Positions 8,075 to 19,008 of a stretch of 64,000 bases of DNA are shown here, piece after piece. How positions within the stretch are numbered: the first letter of the stretch is position 1; every line of letters starts with the position of its first letter. The position numbers and the translations under genes were made by a program. The DNA lies in assembly GCA_965249725.1 (NCBI GenBank), contig CBDFMQ010000002.1, positions 2,400,001 through 2,464,000 on the forward strand, given 5' to 3'. Source of the DNA: Longimicrobiales bacterium (GTDB taxonomy: Bacteria; Gemmatimonadota; Gemmatimonadetes; Longimicrobiales; Gaopeijiaceae). Below the pieces are notes generated by a model. The model was not told where the DNA came from. It was given only the letters and a program-made list of their open reading frames with translations, and ran no database searches.

Positions 8075-10021
8075 TCACCCCGGCTGCGGCGTCAGCAACT
8101 CCCCGGTAGACCGCGCCAACCCCAGCAGCTCGTCCACCTCACGATGACCGGCGAGCAAGTGGTCGATGTCATCGGACAACTCCTGAGCGGAGTTGAGGTC
8201 CATCGTCAGGCTCTCGACGCTACCGGCCCCGCCGTGCAACCGTAGCAGGCCGAGACGGATCTTCTCGAGCGCAGAGACGGCCTCGGTCATACGACTCTGG
8301 GCCACGTCGCGCGTCGCCTCCAGGTCGGTGCGCAGGCTGGCGCGCTCCTCGGTGCCCACCCTAACCGGGTCGTCACCGATCTCGGCGAGCACCCCGTTCA
8401 GCTCGTCGACCTGGCGGCGCATCTCCTGAGCATCCACCTCTAGCTTCTGGATTATCTCGGGCAGACCCTGGAGCTCCCGCTTCGTGGCCTTGGGTAGCTC
8501 CTCGAAGAGGCGATCGGCCGCGATCCCGATGGCCATCTCGGTCGGTCGGTGAGCACCTCCACGGGACAACAAGCGCTTCTCGAGGCCTAGGCCGCCCAGC
8601 TTGAACAGCCATTTGCCAACCTTCCGCTTGAGGAGGCCCAGCCACCATTCGCCTATGGCGTCTCGTCTACGCTTGTTGCGAGCCGCTTTGAAGATGCTCG
8701 ACCAGACGGCGATTTCGACGGAGAAGACTGGAATCAGGTCCAGAGACTGCGGCGCACCCAGGATGAGGGCCGGAATGGAAACCAAGCTCACCACGACCCC
8801 GGTCCAGGCGCTACGCGTCAGTACTCGGTCGACCCAGGTGATCTCCTTGCCGTACTCGAACCGGATCTCCTCGTTGCGCCGGGCGACGTCCTTCTCGAAC
8901 GCCCGTCGGACATCCTCGAAGGCGAAGCCCGCCCGAAGCAAGCGCCTGGTGTGGGTCGCGAACGAGCCCACGGGCCCGAAGGTCATGCCGAGCAGAACCA
9001 GGACGAACACCACTCCCGCCCCGATTCCCCAGGCTGCCGAGAATGCGCCACCCTCGACGCCTATCACGAGCGAAATCCAGGCGAGCGGTGCCGACAACCA
9101 CATGATGAGCATCATCGGCACGCCGGTCACCAACTCGCGGATCTGCTTCATGAAGACCCGCACGGGGATGGGTAGCTGGCGCTCCACATCGGTACCCTCC
9201 CCGATCGCCTCCGCCAGCATCGCGCCGTCGGCGTATCGGTCCTCGGGGCGCTTCCGCAGACACCGGTCGATGGCCTTTGCCACCTCGGTCGGCACCTCCT
9301 GCGCAACGGAGGCGACCGGAGGTGCGGGCTCGGTCAGGTGCCTGGTGAGCAAGGCCGTCGCGTCGGAGCCCTCGAACGGAAAACGACCAGTGAGGGCATA
9401 GAAGCCCACGATGCCAAGCGAATAGAGGTCGCTCCGGGCGTCCACCTCCTCGCCGCTCGCCTGCTCGGGACTGATGAACTCCGCCGTGCCGAGTATTCCG
9501 GTATCGGCTGCGGTGCCCGGCTCCTGACCTACGTGCGCGATCCCGAAGTCGGTCACAAGGGCGCGGCCGCTCCCCTTCTCCAGCAGGATGTTGTCCGGCT
9601 TGACGTCCCGGTGCACCACACCTTCGGCATGCGCATAAGCCAGCGCCCACGCCACTTCTTGGAGCACCGTCACCGCCTGATGGCTGGGCAACGGGCCCCG
9701 ACCGCGAATCCTCTCGCCCAGCGTGCCGCCGTCGATGTACGCCATGACGAAGAAAACGAAGTCGTCGACCTCGTCCACCGAGTAGATGGGCACGACGTTT
9801 GGGTGGGACAGCTTGGCCGCGGTCCGGGCCTCCCGCAGGAAGCGCTCCCGCAGCGCCGGCTGAGCGGCCATGGTTGGGGGTAGGAGCTTCAGCGCGACCG
9901 GTCGGTCCAGTGCGACCTCGTGCGCCAGGTAGACGATGCCCATCCCACCACGGCCGATCTCACTCTCGAGAGAGTAGCGACCTAACAGCGCCTCTTGCAG
10001 CGCAAGGAACTCAGAATCCAT
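8075..10021 (-). CDS. Hanks-type Ser/Thr protein kinase with membrane segments and a helical C-terminus
   Basis: GRGGMGIVY, VALK, HRDVKPDN, DFG and SPEQ motifs; start taken at MDSEFLALQEAL. Confidence 0.9.
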   Translation of the reverse strand: MDSEFLALQEALLGRYSLESEIGRGGMGIVYLAHEVALDRPVALKLLPPTMAAQPALRERFLREARTAAKLSHPNVVPIYSVDEVDDFVFFVMAYIDGGTLGERIRGRGPLPSHQAVTVLQEVAWALAYAHAEGVVHRDVKPDNILLEKGSGRALVTDFGIAHVGQEPGTAADTGILGTAEFISPEQASGEEVDARSDLYSLGIVGFYALTGRFPFEGSDATALLTRHLTEPAPPVASVAQEVPTEVAKAIDRCLRKRPEDRYADGAMLAEAIGEGTDVERQLPIPVRVFMKQIRELVTGVPMMLIMWLSAPLAWISLVIGVEGGAFSAAWGIGAGVVFVLVLLGMTFGPVGSFATHTRRLLRAGFAFEDVRRAFEKDVARRNEEIRFEYGKEITWVDRVLTRSAWTGVVVSLVSIPALILGAPQSLDLIPVFSVEIAVWSSIFKAARNKRRRDAIGEWWLGLLKRKVGKWLFKLGGLGLEKRLLSRGGAHRPTEMAIGIAADRLFEELPKATKRELQGLPEIIQKLEVDAQEMRRQVDELNGVLAEIGDDPVRVGTEERASLRTDLEATRDVAQSRMTEAVSALEKIRLGLLRLHGGAGSVESLTMDLNSAQELSDDIDHLLAGHREVDELLGLARSTGELLTPQPG

Positions 10022-10154
10022 CGGGCCAGGCATAGTCCACGATGCGTCGTGGTTGTGGGAGCGGCAAGCAGATCGCGTCCCGTGACCGGTTGTGGAATGG
10101 CAGGCCACCCCACCGCGCTCCGGCTGCGCCTGCGTACCGAACGCCTAATTGCGA

Positions 10155-10176
10155 CGGGCCCCCCGAAGGAGGCCCG
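10155..10176 (-). terminator. Stem-loop with UUCG tetraloop downstream of the PQQ-dehydrogenase gene
   Basis: Minus strand reads CGGGCCTCC-TTCG-GGGGGCCCG. Confidence 0.5.
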
Positions 10177-10204
10177 CGCTTGTCCTTGAATCCCTCTCTG
10201 ACCG

Positions 10205-12277
10205 CTAGGGCAACGCCATCGCGGCCAGCCCGTCCGAGAGCTGGACCATCACGTACTGTTTGCCTTCGTGCACCCAGCTCGACATGCCGTAGCGGGTCGC
10301 ACCTGGGATGTCGATCGCCCCGAGTCGCTCACCCGAGTGTTTGTCGATGGCATAAAGCTGCGGTGTCCCTTCGCTGCTCGTACCCGACAGCAGAAGCAGC
10401 GTGGGCGTTGCGACCATGACCGCATGTCCTCTCCGTCCCGGGTTCGTCGGAACTCCCTCGACGCCCTGAAGCAGCGGATGGTTCCGGATCATCTCCTGCT
10501 CGGACTCCGGCGCGTCGCCGTTGGGGATCACCCACAGATGCTCACCCGTGTTCATGTCAATCGCCGTGATCCGTCCCACGGGTCCCTTCCAGATGGAGAG
10601 GCCGTCGAGCTTGGCCAGGTCGGGGCGCGGCCCACGCAAATCCGGCTCATTCGCCCAGTCGGAGCGGGTCGTTCCAGTCTGCTTGTTGGCGTCCAGCGAG
10701 GACTCTCCTCCAGGCACCAGGCCCACCGTAGAACACCCGCTGCTCGATGCGATGAACAGAATGCCCTCCCCCGGATCGGCCACGGCCGGGCTGTAGATAT
10801 TCGCGCCGCCGCCACCACCCGGGCAGATGAGCGCGGGTGGGTCGCCGCCCCCCACGTGGGTGGGCGGATTGAAGAAGGGCACGAAGAAGTCATTCTCTTC
10901 CGCGTACTCGAACGCCGCCCGCTTGATCTCGGGTGTGTAGTCGATCAGGTCCCCTTCGGTCCTCCCTTGGAGGTCGAACGGGGCTGGCTTGGTCGGGAAC
11001 GGCTGTGTGGCGGCGAGCTTCTCGCCCGGCACCTTGGACTGCGGCACCGGCGTGTCGACGAAGGGCCAGATGGGTTCGCCCGTTTCACGGTTGTACGAAT
11101 ACACGAACGACTGCTTGGTAATCTGGAAGATCCCCGGGATCGTCTCGCCATTCACGTTCACGTCCATGAGGACAGGCGCGGTGGGGGTGTCGTAGTTCCA
11201 GATATCGTGTCGCACGAGCTGCTGGTGCCACGCCCGCTCACCCGTCTGAGCGTCCAGCGCGATCAGGCTGGTGCTGAAGAGGTTGTCGCCCGGATGGAAG
11301 CCACCGTAGTAGTCGATGGTGGCGCCGTTGGTCGGGATGTAGACCAGCCCACGTTCGAGGTCGGCGGAGATAGGGGCCCACGACGAGACGTCACCGGTGT
11401 ACTTCCACGCGTCGTTCTCCCAGGTCTCGTGACCGAACTCGCCGGGCTTCGGGATGATGTGGAACTTCCACTTCATGTTTCCGGTCCGGGCGTCGAAGGC
11501 GAGGATATCGCCCGGGACCATCTCGACACGGGACTGATAGTAGCCCTGCTCGGCGGAATTCCCCACCACGACAACGTCATCGACCACGATCGGCGGAGAC
11601 GATGACGTGATGTAGCCCAACTCGAGCGGGATTCCCTCGTCCGGATCGTACGGCTTGTTGTTCTCGAACCACGGGCCCCAGTCCTCGACCAAGGGCGGAA
11701 TCAAGTCGACGACGCCGGTCGTCGGGAATCCCTCGAGCGGCACGGGGGAGCCCCAGTTCTCGAGGGGCTGTCCGGTCTCCGCGTCCAATGCGTGTAGGAA
11801 GAACGCAGGGCTGATGATGAAGACCACGCCTCTCCCATCGATCTCCGCGTAGGAGATTCCCTTTCCGTAGCCCTTCCGCATGGAGTATTCGTAGCGTGCC
11901 GTCTTCGGCTCGGAGTAACTCCAGAGGAGCTCACCCGTCGCGGGATCGAGCGCCACCACGTGTCGCCGGTCGCCCGTGACCGTGATCAGCTTGCCGTCCA
12001 CGTAGGTCGGCGTCGCGCGCGGGGTGCTCGGACCGAAGCTCGATGCGTCCCACTGCCACGCCACCTCGAGGTCCTCGAAGTTCGAAGCGTTGATCTGATC
12101 CGACGGCTGGTAGCGTGTGTGACCGGCGTCCCCGCCGAGGTAGGTCCACTGGCCGTCTTCCACGCCGGGGCCTTGAGCCCGTAGGGACATCGGCGACGAG
12201 AACACGAACCCCAACGCGGTCAGCGTCAGGAGGGCGAAAGAGAGCCTAGAAGACCGGTGACGGGCTTCGTTCCCCAT
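10205..12277 (-). CDS. Secreted PQQ-binding beta-propeller protein, quinoprotein glucose dehydrogenase-like
   Basis: Signal peptide; WTYLGGD...TRY...QINASN, ALDPATGELLW, HPGDNLFSTSLIALD and HDIWNYD motifs; RBS AAGGAA before ATG 12277. Confidence 0.85.
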   Translation of the reverse strand: MGNEARHRSSRLSFALLTLTALGFVFSSPMSLRAQGPGVEDGQWTYLGGDAGHTRYQPSDQINASNFEDLEVAWQWDASSFGPSTPRATPTYVDGKLITVTGDRRHVVALDPATGELLWSYSEPKTARYEYSMRKGYGKGISYAEIDGRGVVFIISPAFFLHALDAETGQPLENWGSPVPLEGFPTTGVVDLIPPLVEDWGPWFENNKPYDPDEGIPLELGYITSSSPPIVVDDVVVVGNSAEQGYYQSRVEMVPGDILAFDARTGNMKWKFHIIPKPGEFGHETWENDAWKYTGDVSSWAPISADLERGLVYIPTNGATIDYYGGFHPGDNLFSTSLIALDAQTGERAWHQQLVRHDIWNYDTPTAPVLMDVNVNGETIPGIFQITKQSFVYSYNRETGEPIWPFVDTPVPQSKVPGEKLAATQPFPTKPAPFDLQGRTEGDLIDYTPEIKRAAFEYAEENDFFVPFFNPPTHVGGGDPPALICPGGGGGANIYSPAVADPGEGILFIASSSGCSTVGLVPGGESSLDANKQTGTTRSDWANEPDLRGPRPDLAKLDGLSIWKGPVGRITAIDMNTGEHLWVIPNGDAPESEQEMIRNHPLLQGVEGVPTNPGRRGHAVMVATPTLLLLSGTSSEGTPQLYAIDKHSGERLGAIDIPGATRYGMSSWVHEGKQYVMVQLSDGLAAMALP

Positions 12278-12428
12278 GATGGCATTCCTTCTCGAGTGCG
12301 AAAGGTCTTGCGAGATCCCAACGGCTGAGCGCGGCAGACGGATCCGGGCAGCAGAATACTGGGGGATGGCGAGTTTGGGCAACTCGGGGAGACGGATGAA
12401 GGGGAGCGGCACCGCACTGGGGGATGGT

Positions 12429-13505
12429 CTACCCCACCACCATCGCATCGCCGTACGAGTAGAACCGGTACCCCTCCTGGACCGCCGCTCCATACGCCTC
12501 CATCACCCGCTCGTAGCCGCCGAACGCGGCGACCAGCATCAGGAGCGTCGACCGCGGCAGGTGGAAGTTCGTCACGAGTCCGTCCACCACCTGAAACGCG
12601 AAGCCCGGGCGTACGAACAGGTCCGTCGCCCCCGCCCCTGCCTGCACGACCCCTGAGCGACCCGCACTCTCGAGCGTGCGAACCACGGTCGTGCCGACCG
12701 CCCAGATCCTACGGCCGTCCTCGCGCGCGGCGTTGATCGCCTCCGCAGCCTCGCCGGACACGAAGTAGGACTCGGCATGCATCTCGTGATCGGCCGGGTC
12801 GTCCACCTCGACGGGGCGAAACGTCCCCACCCCCACGTCCAAGGTGACCGCCACCCGATGCACTCCCTTCGCGGCGATCGCGTTGAGCAGCTCGGGGGTG
12901 AAGTGCAGCCCCGCCGTCGGGGCGGCGACCGACCCGGGCACCCGGGCGTACACGGTCTGATAGCGCTCGCGGTCCAGCGGTTCGTCCTCCCGCTCCAGAT
13001 AGGGCGGCAGCGGCACATGCCCGTGCTTCTCCAGCGCCTCCCGCACCGACCCCTCTACCACGAGCCGCACGATCCGCCCGCCTCCCGGCGCCCCGTCCAC
13101 GATCTCGACGTCGAAGCCCGGCGCAATGTTCACCACACGGCCCGGCTTGAGTTTGCCACCGGGGCGCACCAGCGCCTCCCAGATGGTGGTCTCGTCGGCC
13201 TGCGGATCCAGCGCGGAGGCGGGCCCGCCCCCACCCCACGGCCGCAGAAGCAGGATCTCGGACGGTGCTCCGGTGGGCTTTCGGCCAAGAAGCCGCGCGG
13301 GAGCCACGCGGCTCTCGTTCACCACAAGCACGTCGCCGGAATCGAGCAGATCGACCAAGTCGGAGAACACCTGGTGCCGAAACGGCCCGCCGTCCCGCGG
13401 CACCACCAACAGTCGGCTCAGGTCCCGCCGCTTAGCTGGATATCGGGCGATCTGCCCGGCGGGAAGGTCGTACTCATAGTCGGAGACGTGCGTCCCGTCC
13501 TTCAC
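12429..13505 (-). CDS. queA: S-adenosylmethionine:tRNA ribosyltransferase-isomerase
   Basis: YDLP...IARYP, VPLPPY, RYQTVYA, SVAAPTAGLHFT, NFHLPRSTLL and YRFYSYGDAM motifs; start codon approximate. Confidence 0.96.
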   Translation of the reverse strand: MKDGTHVSDYEYDLPAGQIARYPAKRRDLSRLLVVPRDGGPFRHQVFSDLVDLLDSGDVLVVNESRVAPARLLGRKPTGAPSEILLLRPWGGGGPASALDPQADETTIWEALVRPGGKLKPGRVVNIAPGFDVEIVDGAPGGGRIVRLVVEGSVREALEKHGHVPLPPYLEREDEPLDRERYQTVYARVPGSVAAPTAGLHFTPELLNAIAAKGVHRVAVTLDVGVGTFRPVEVDDPADHEMHAESYFVSGEAAEAINAAREDGRRIWAVGTTVVRTLESAGRSGVVQAGAGATDLFVRPGFAFQVVDGLVTNFHLPRSTLLMLVAAFGGYERVMEAYGAAVQEGYRFYSYGDAMVVG

Positions 13506-13616
13506 ACGATCCCCTATGCTCCACATCACCGGCCTCCGTCCCGTCCCGAAGCAGCATCGAAGCGCCCCCGCGTTTCCGCGGAAACGTGCGTCCACCCTTT
13601 CACCACTCCCCCAAAC

Positions 13617-14660
13617 CTATTCGAACAGAGAGGACTGCCCGCCCCCTGCTTCACCCTCCTTCGGCGCCTCGTACCCGAACCTCTTGTATGCCCGCAACGT
13701 GGCCACGCGCCCGCGTGGCGTCCGCTGGATGAACCCTTCCTGAATCAGGAACGGCTCGTAGACCTCCTCCAGCGTCGAGACGTCTTCGCCCAACGCGACC
13801 GCCAGCGTCTGCAGCCCTACCGGCCCGCCCTCGAATTTCTCGATGAGCGTCTTGAGCACCCGCCCGTCCATCTCGTCGAGCCCGTACTGATCCACCTCGA
13901 GCATCTCGAGGGCATCTTCGGCGACCTTTGCGTTGATGATCCCCTCGGCCCTCACCTGCGCGAAATCCCGCACGCGCCGGAGCAGCCGGTTGGCGACCCG
14001 CGGAGTGCCGCGCGCCCGACGCGCCAGGATCTCGGCGCCTTCCGTCGAACACTCGATTCCGAGGATCTCCGAGCTGCGGGCCACGATCACGGCCAGTTCC
14101 TCGGGCGGATAGAAGTTCAGGCGTTGGATGATGCCGAAGCGGGCCCGCATCGGGGCTGTGAGAAGGCCGAAGCGCGTGGTGGCCCCCACCAGCGTGAACT
14201 TCTCGATGTCCATCGTCATGGTCTGAGCCCGGGGGCCGTCGGCCAACCGGATCTCCACCCGGTAGTCTTCCATGGCGGGATACAGAAACTCCTCGATGAT
14301 GGGCCGGAGCCGATGGATCTCATCGATGAAGATGACGTCGCCTTCCTGCTGGTTCGTGAGCATGCCCACCAGGTCGGCGGGCTTCTCCAGAACGGGGCCG
14401 GACGTGCCCTTGAAGCTCACGCCCATCTCACGCGCGATGAGCGAAGCGAGCGTGGTCTTGCCCAACCCGGGCGGGCCATGGAAGAGCAGATGGTCCAGCG
14501 GTTCCCGGCGCTGCTTCGCGGCCTCGATGGCGATCGACAACGTCTCTCGCACCTTCTCCTGGCCGATGAACTCGTCCAGGCGGTGGGGCCGCAGGGACGG
14601 TTCGACCGTGGCGTCTTCCTGAAGCGCCTCGGGCGTCGTGATTTCGCGTCGCTCGGTCAT
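13617..14660 (-). CDS. ruvB: Holliday junction branch migration helicase RuvB
   Basis: [39 protein letters not shown] and [17 protein letters not shown] motifs. Confidence 0.98.
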   Translation of the reverse strand: MTERREITTPEALQEDATVEPSLRPHRLDEFIGQEKVRETLSIAIEAAKQRREPLDHLLFHGPPGLGKTTLASLIAREMGVSFKGTSGPVLEKPADLVGMLTNQQEGDVIFIDEIHRLRPIIEEFLYPAMEDYRVEIRLADGPRAQTMTMDIEKFTLVGATTRFGLLTAPMRARFGIIQRLNFYPPEELAVIVARSSEILGIECSTEGAEILARRARGTPRVANRLLRRVRDFAQVRAEGIINAKVAEDALEMLEVDQYGLDEMDGRVLKTLIEKFEGGPVGLQTLAVALGEDVSTLEEVYEPFLIQEGFIQRTPRGRVATLRAYKRFGYEAPKEGEAGGGQSSLFE

Positions 14661-14679
14661 CTTCGGTGCGTCATTGTCG

Positions 14680-15270
14680 TCACCCCTTCGCCAACGCCCG
14701 ACGGATCAGCTCATCGGTGTTCTCGACCTCGCCCTTGGTCAAAGCCTCCCGGACCGCCGCATCGGCATCGACGAACGCATACCCCAGAGCCACCAGGGCA
14801 GCCACGGCCTCCTGGGCCCCGGGCGCCGGCCCGCCCGGCTCGCCCTCTGACCCGATGGCCAGGTCCTCAACCTTGTCGGAGAGCTCGAGGATGATGCGTT
14901 CGGCGGTCTTCTTCCCCACCCCGCTCACCTGCGTGAGCGCGTGGATATCCTTCTCGGCCAGGGCCTTCGCGAGCCGGCGGGCCGAATAGGTCGAGAGCAT
15001 GGCCAACGCCATGCTCGGCCCCACACCCTTGGCACCGAGGAGCCGTGCGAACAGCTCGCGTTCATACGGCTCCAGGAAGCCGTACAGCGTCAGCGAGTCC
15101 TCCCGCACCACCTGCAGCGTTCGGATCTCGAAGTCGTCGGCCGGCGGCTTCGGCAGCCGCTCCAGGATCGAGAGTGGGATCTGCACCTCGTAGACCACGC
15201 CTCCGGGGGTCTCGAGCTCGATGTGGTCGAGCTCACGGGTCACGAGCGTTCCCTTGAGGCGGCTGATCAT
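14680..15270 (-). CDS. ruvA: Holliday junction branch migration protein RuvA
   Basis: [32 protein letters not shown] and ALVALGY motifs. Confidence 0.97.
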   Translation of the reverse strand: MISRLKGTLVTRELDHIELETPGGVVYEVQIPLSILERLPKPPADDFEIRTLQVVREDSLTLYGFLEPYERELFARLLGAKGVGPSMALAMLSTYSARRLAKALAEKDIHALTQVSGVGKKTAERIILELSDKVEDLAIGSEGEPGGPAPGAQEAVAALVALGYAFVDADAAVREALTKGEVENTDELIRRALAKG

Positions 15271-15280
15271 GAGCGCACCC

Positions 15281-15772
15281 TCAAACCCTCAGCGCTCCCA
15301 TCACACAGTAGCACAGCGCCGCGGCCACACCATCCGCCGCGTCGGACGGCGAAGGAGCCGTCTTGAGCCGGAGCTGCTGCTGCACCATGAAGCTCACCTG
15401 GTCCTTGGTTGCGTTCCCGTTTCCCACCACGGCCTTCTTGATCTCGCGGGGCGTGTACTCGGCGATCTGAATCTCTCGGAGTGCACCGGCCAGGAGAATA
15501 GCGCCACGGGCGTGTCCCAGCGTTAAGGCGCTCTTCACATTCTTCCCCTGAAAGACGTCCTCGACCACCATGACCCCGGGATGATGGCGGTCGATGAGGT
15601 CACAGACCTCGTTGAAGATCTCCATGATGCGGTATGCCAGCGGTTGCCCCGCCGAGGTCCTCACCACCCCGCACTCCACCAACGAGACGGCGCCGCCGCC
15701 CGTCTTGGCGACAACGCCGTAGCCGGTCACGGCGGTGCCCGGATCGATTCCCAGTATCAGCTCGGAGTCCAC
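15281..15772 (-). CDS. ruvC: Crossover junction endodeoxyribonuclease RuvC
   Basis: ILGIDPG...GYG, LGHARG, KKAVVGNGNATKDQV and DAADG motifs. Confidence 0.97.
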   Translation of the reverse strand: MDSELILGIDPGTAVTGYGVVAKTGGGAVSLVECGVVRTSAGQPLAYRIMEIFNEVCDLIDRHHPGVMVVEDVFQGKNVKSALTLGHARGAILLAGALREIQIAEYTPREIKKAVVGNGNATKDQVSFMVQQQLRLKTAPSPSDAADGVAAALCYCVMGALRV

Positions 15773-15783
15773 CTAGTGGCGTC

Positions 15784-16533
<750 letters not shown>

Positions 16534-16594
16534 CTGCACTCCTCCCGATGCGTTCCAGATGTTGGGTCGCTATAAAAGTAAACGCCTGTCCACC

Positions 16595-16735
16595 GGGCGG
16601 GGGCCCCTTCCCGCTGCAGCGACAGTTGGAATCGCCTACTCCGCCAGCTCGGCTAGCTATGCAGTACCCCGTCCCTCGCGCAGCAAACACCACCGCGGTG
16701 ATTCCTGTCGTCGCAGCGGGAACGGGGCCCCGCCC
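16595..16735. repeat. ~140-nt element with ~40-bp imperfect terminal inverted repeats
   Basis: Left arm (16595-16636) GGGCGGGGGCCCCTTCCCGCTGCAGCGACAGTTGGAATCGCC; reverse complement of the right arm (16697-16735) GGGCGGGGCCCCGTTCCCGCTGCGACGACAGGAATCACC. Confidence 0.75.
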
Positions 16736-16737
16736 GC

Positions 16738-18837
16738 CTAATGCGCCTCTTCCGCCTCTTTCGTCGCGGCGATCACCTTCGGTACCTCGTGCGCGGGCAC
16801 GGGCTCATAGCTGGAGAACGTCCGTGTGTGATGAGCCCTACCCTGCGTGATCGCACGCAGGGACGTGGCGTACTTGTACAGCTCCGACTCGGGCACCAGC
16901 GCCTTCACCGTAGTGCGGCCGTTCCCGGGATCCATCCCCAGGACCTTTCCGCGACGTTGGTTCATGTCGCTCATGATGTCGCCCACATAGTCGTCGGGCG
17001 TGGTCACGGCCACCTCGACGATGGGCTCGAGGATCACCGGCCCACACTCCGCGGCCACTTTCTTGAAGGCCGCGGATCCGGCCAGCTTGAAGGCGATGTC
17101 GCTGGAGTCCACGGAGTGGTAGGAGCCGTCGTAACACTCGGCCTCGAAGTCGACCAGCTTGAATCCGGCCAGGATCCCCCTCGCCGAGGCCTCCCTGATG
17201 CCACGGTCCACGCTGGGAATGAACTTGCCGGGAATGACGCCACCCTTGATGGAGTTCTTGAACTCATAGCCCTCGCCCGAAGCGCGGGGCTTGAGACGGA
17301 TGTGGCAATCACCGAACTGACCTCGGCCACCCGACTGCTTCTTGTGTCGTCCCCGGCCCTGGGCGCCCCTCGTGATCGTCTCACGGTAGGCGATCTTCGG
17401 CTGCTCGGTCTTCACGGACACGCCGTACTTACGCTTCATGCGCTCGAGTTGAACGTCGAGATGCAGTTCTCCGAGTCCCCGAGCGATCGTCTGATGCAAT
17501 TCTGCGTCGAACTCGGCCACGAAGGTCGGATCCTCTTCGTGCAGCTTCGGGAGCACCTCGCCGAGCTTGTCTTCGTCGTGCCGCGCCGTGCCCTTGATCG
17601 CGACCGCGATTTCGGGCGTGGGTAGAGCGATCTTCTCCAGTACCACGGGGCGATCCGCCGACGCCAACGTGTCGTTCGTATGGGAGTGCTTGAGCTTGGC
17701 CACCACCCCGATATCACCGGCATGGAGCTTCGAGACCTCGAAGCGGTCCTTGCCCATGGCGATCGAGAGATGGTTGAGCTTCTCGAGGGCTCCGCTCTCC
17801 GCGTTCTTCACCTCGGCGCCGTTGGCCACGGTACCGCTCACCACGCGGAAGAAGGACAGCTCGCCCACATGGGGCTCGGCCGCCGTTTTGAAGATCAGCG
17901 CCGAGAACGTCTCGTCGTCGGAGGGTGCGAGGTGCACTTCTTCGTCCATGCCGGCCCGCTTGGCGGTCTCGCCACCGGTCTCGGCAGGGCTGGGGCACAA
18001 CTCGATGATCTTCTTGAGCAATGCCTGCATGCCGTACGAGTGCTCGGCGGAGCCACAGAAGAGTGGAATCACGTCACCACGGGCCACACCGAGCGCCATG
18101 GCTTCGATGGCCTCTTCGCGCGTGATCTTCTCTCCCTCGAGGTAGCGCTCGAGGAGGTCTTCGTTGGTCGTGGCCAGCGTCTCCTGAAGCTCGGTCTCCC
18201 ACTGCTCGAACTTCTCCTGAAGCTCTTCGGGAATGTCGGCCTCCTCGTATTCGCCCTTCTCCGTGCCCTTCTTGTAGATGTGGGCGCGCTCACTGAAGAG
18301 GTTGATGATGCCGCGGAAGTCGGCCCCCTCACCGATCGGGATCTCGACGGGGATCACCTTCTCGGTCAAGCGCGACTTGATCTCCGCGTAAACCTGGTCG
18401 AAGGAAGCGTGATCCTTGTCCATCATCGAAACGAAAAAGAACCGGGGGATGCCCCGGTCCTCGACGTACTCCCAGACGGTCTCGGTGCCCACCTCAACGC
18501 CGGAGGTGGCTCCGACGACAATGACGGCGGAGTCCGCGACGCGGACGGCAGATAGGGTCTCGCCCACGAAGTCCATGAATCCGGGGGTATCGATGAAGTT
18601 GATCTTGGTGTCCAAGTGCTCGCAGTACGCCGGCGTGCACTGAAGGGACATCTCGTGTGCGGTCTCTTCAGGAGTGAACATGCTGAGGGCATGCCCTTCG
18701 TTCACGTTCCCCTTCCGCTTCGATGTACCCGCCGTCCAACACAGCGAGTCGATGAGGCTGGTCTTGCCTGATCCGCCGTGGCCCAGGACCACCACGTTCC
18801 TGATGTTGTCCGTTGTATACTCTTTGGCGGACGCCAT
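16738..18837 (-). CDS. Elongation factor G paralogue (EF-G2-like)
   Basis: GHGGSGKTS, DTPG, GLGELHL, KKQSGGRGQFG, DGSYHSVDSS and LRAITQGR motifs; not in an rpsL-rpsG operon; G2 and G4 are divergent. Confidence 0.92.
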   Translation of the reverse strand: MASAKEYTTDNIRNVVVLGHGGSGKTSLIDSLCWTAGTSKRKGNVNEGHALSMFTPEETAHEMSLQCTPAYCEHLDTKINFIDTPGFMDFVGETLSAVRVADSAVIVVGATSGVEVGTETVWEYVEDRGIPRFFFVSMMDKDHASFDQVYAEIKSRLTEKVIPVEIPIGEGADFRGIINLFSERAHIYKKGTEKGEYEEADIPEELQEKFEQWETELQETLATTNEDLLERYLEGEKITREEAIEAMALGVARGDVIPLFCGSAEHSYGMQALLKKIIELCPSPAETGGETAKRAGMDEEVHLAPSDDETFSALIFKTAAEPHVGELSFFRVVSGTVANGAEVKNAESGALEKLNHLSIAMGKDRFEVSKLHAGDIGVVAKLKHSHTNDTLASADRPVVLEKIALPTPEIAVAIKGTARHDEDKLGEVLPKLHEEDPTFVAEFDAELHQTIARGLGELHLDVQLERMKRKYGVSVKTEQPKIAYRETITRGAQGRGRHKKQSGGRGQFGDCHIRLKPRASGEGYEFKNSIKGGVIPGKFIPSVDRGIREASARGILAGFKLVDFEAECYDGSYHSVDSSDIAFKLAGSAAFKKVAAECGPVILEPIVEVAVTTPDDYVGDIMSDMNQRRGKVLGMDPGNGRTTVKALVPESELYKYATSLRAITQGRAHHTRTFSSYEPVPAHEVPKVIAATKEAEEAH

Positions 18838-19008
18838 GAACACCTCCTATTCTGTATCTTGTGCGTTCAGCTAGTCGTCTGTTTTAGCGGACGATGATTG
18901 TAGGCCGGAGGGCCTGACTCGTCCAGACTGAACTCGCCCGGCGGGGGTGGGACCGAATGGTGCAACCGGTCTCGGGGGACGAGACCTCAATGATCGGGCG
19001 GAGCCCGT

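Noticed and set aside
12358..12427. 12-bp direct repeat ACTGGGGGATGG flanking a small hairpin
   Set aside because: It is a low-complexity G-rich repeat with no mobile-element features, so the evidence for a target-site duplication is insufficient.
12777..14894. 705-aa plus-strand ORF and similar long antisense ORFs (5435..7204, 46283..48409, 31457..32869)
   Set aside because: They lie opposite well-supported genes (queA/ruvB, permease, susC, S9 peptidase) and have no recognisable motifs, as is typical of shadow ORFs in high-GC DNA.
16595..16735. Calling the long hairpin 6S RNA
   Set aside because: It lacks the evident central bubble and inner stem, and the usual zapA/ygfA/rny context, so it is left as an unassigned element.
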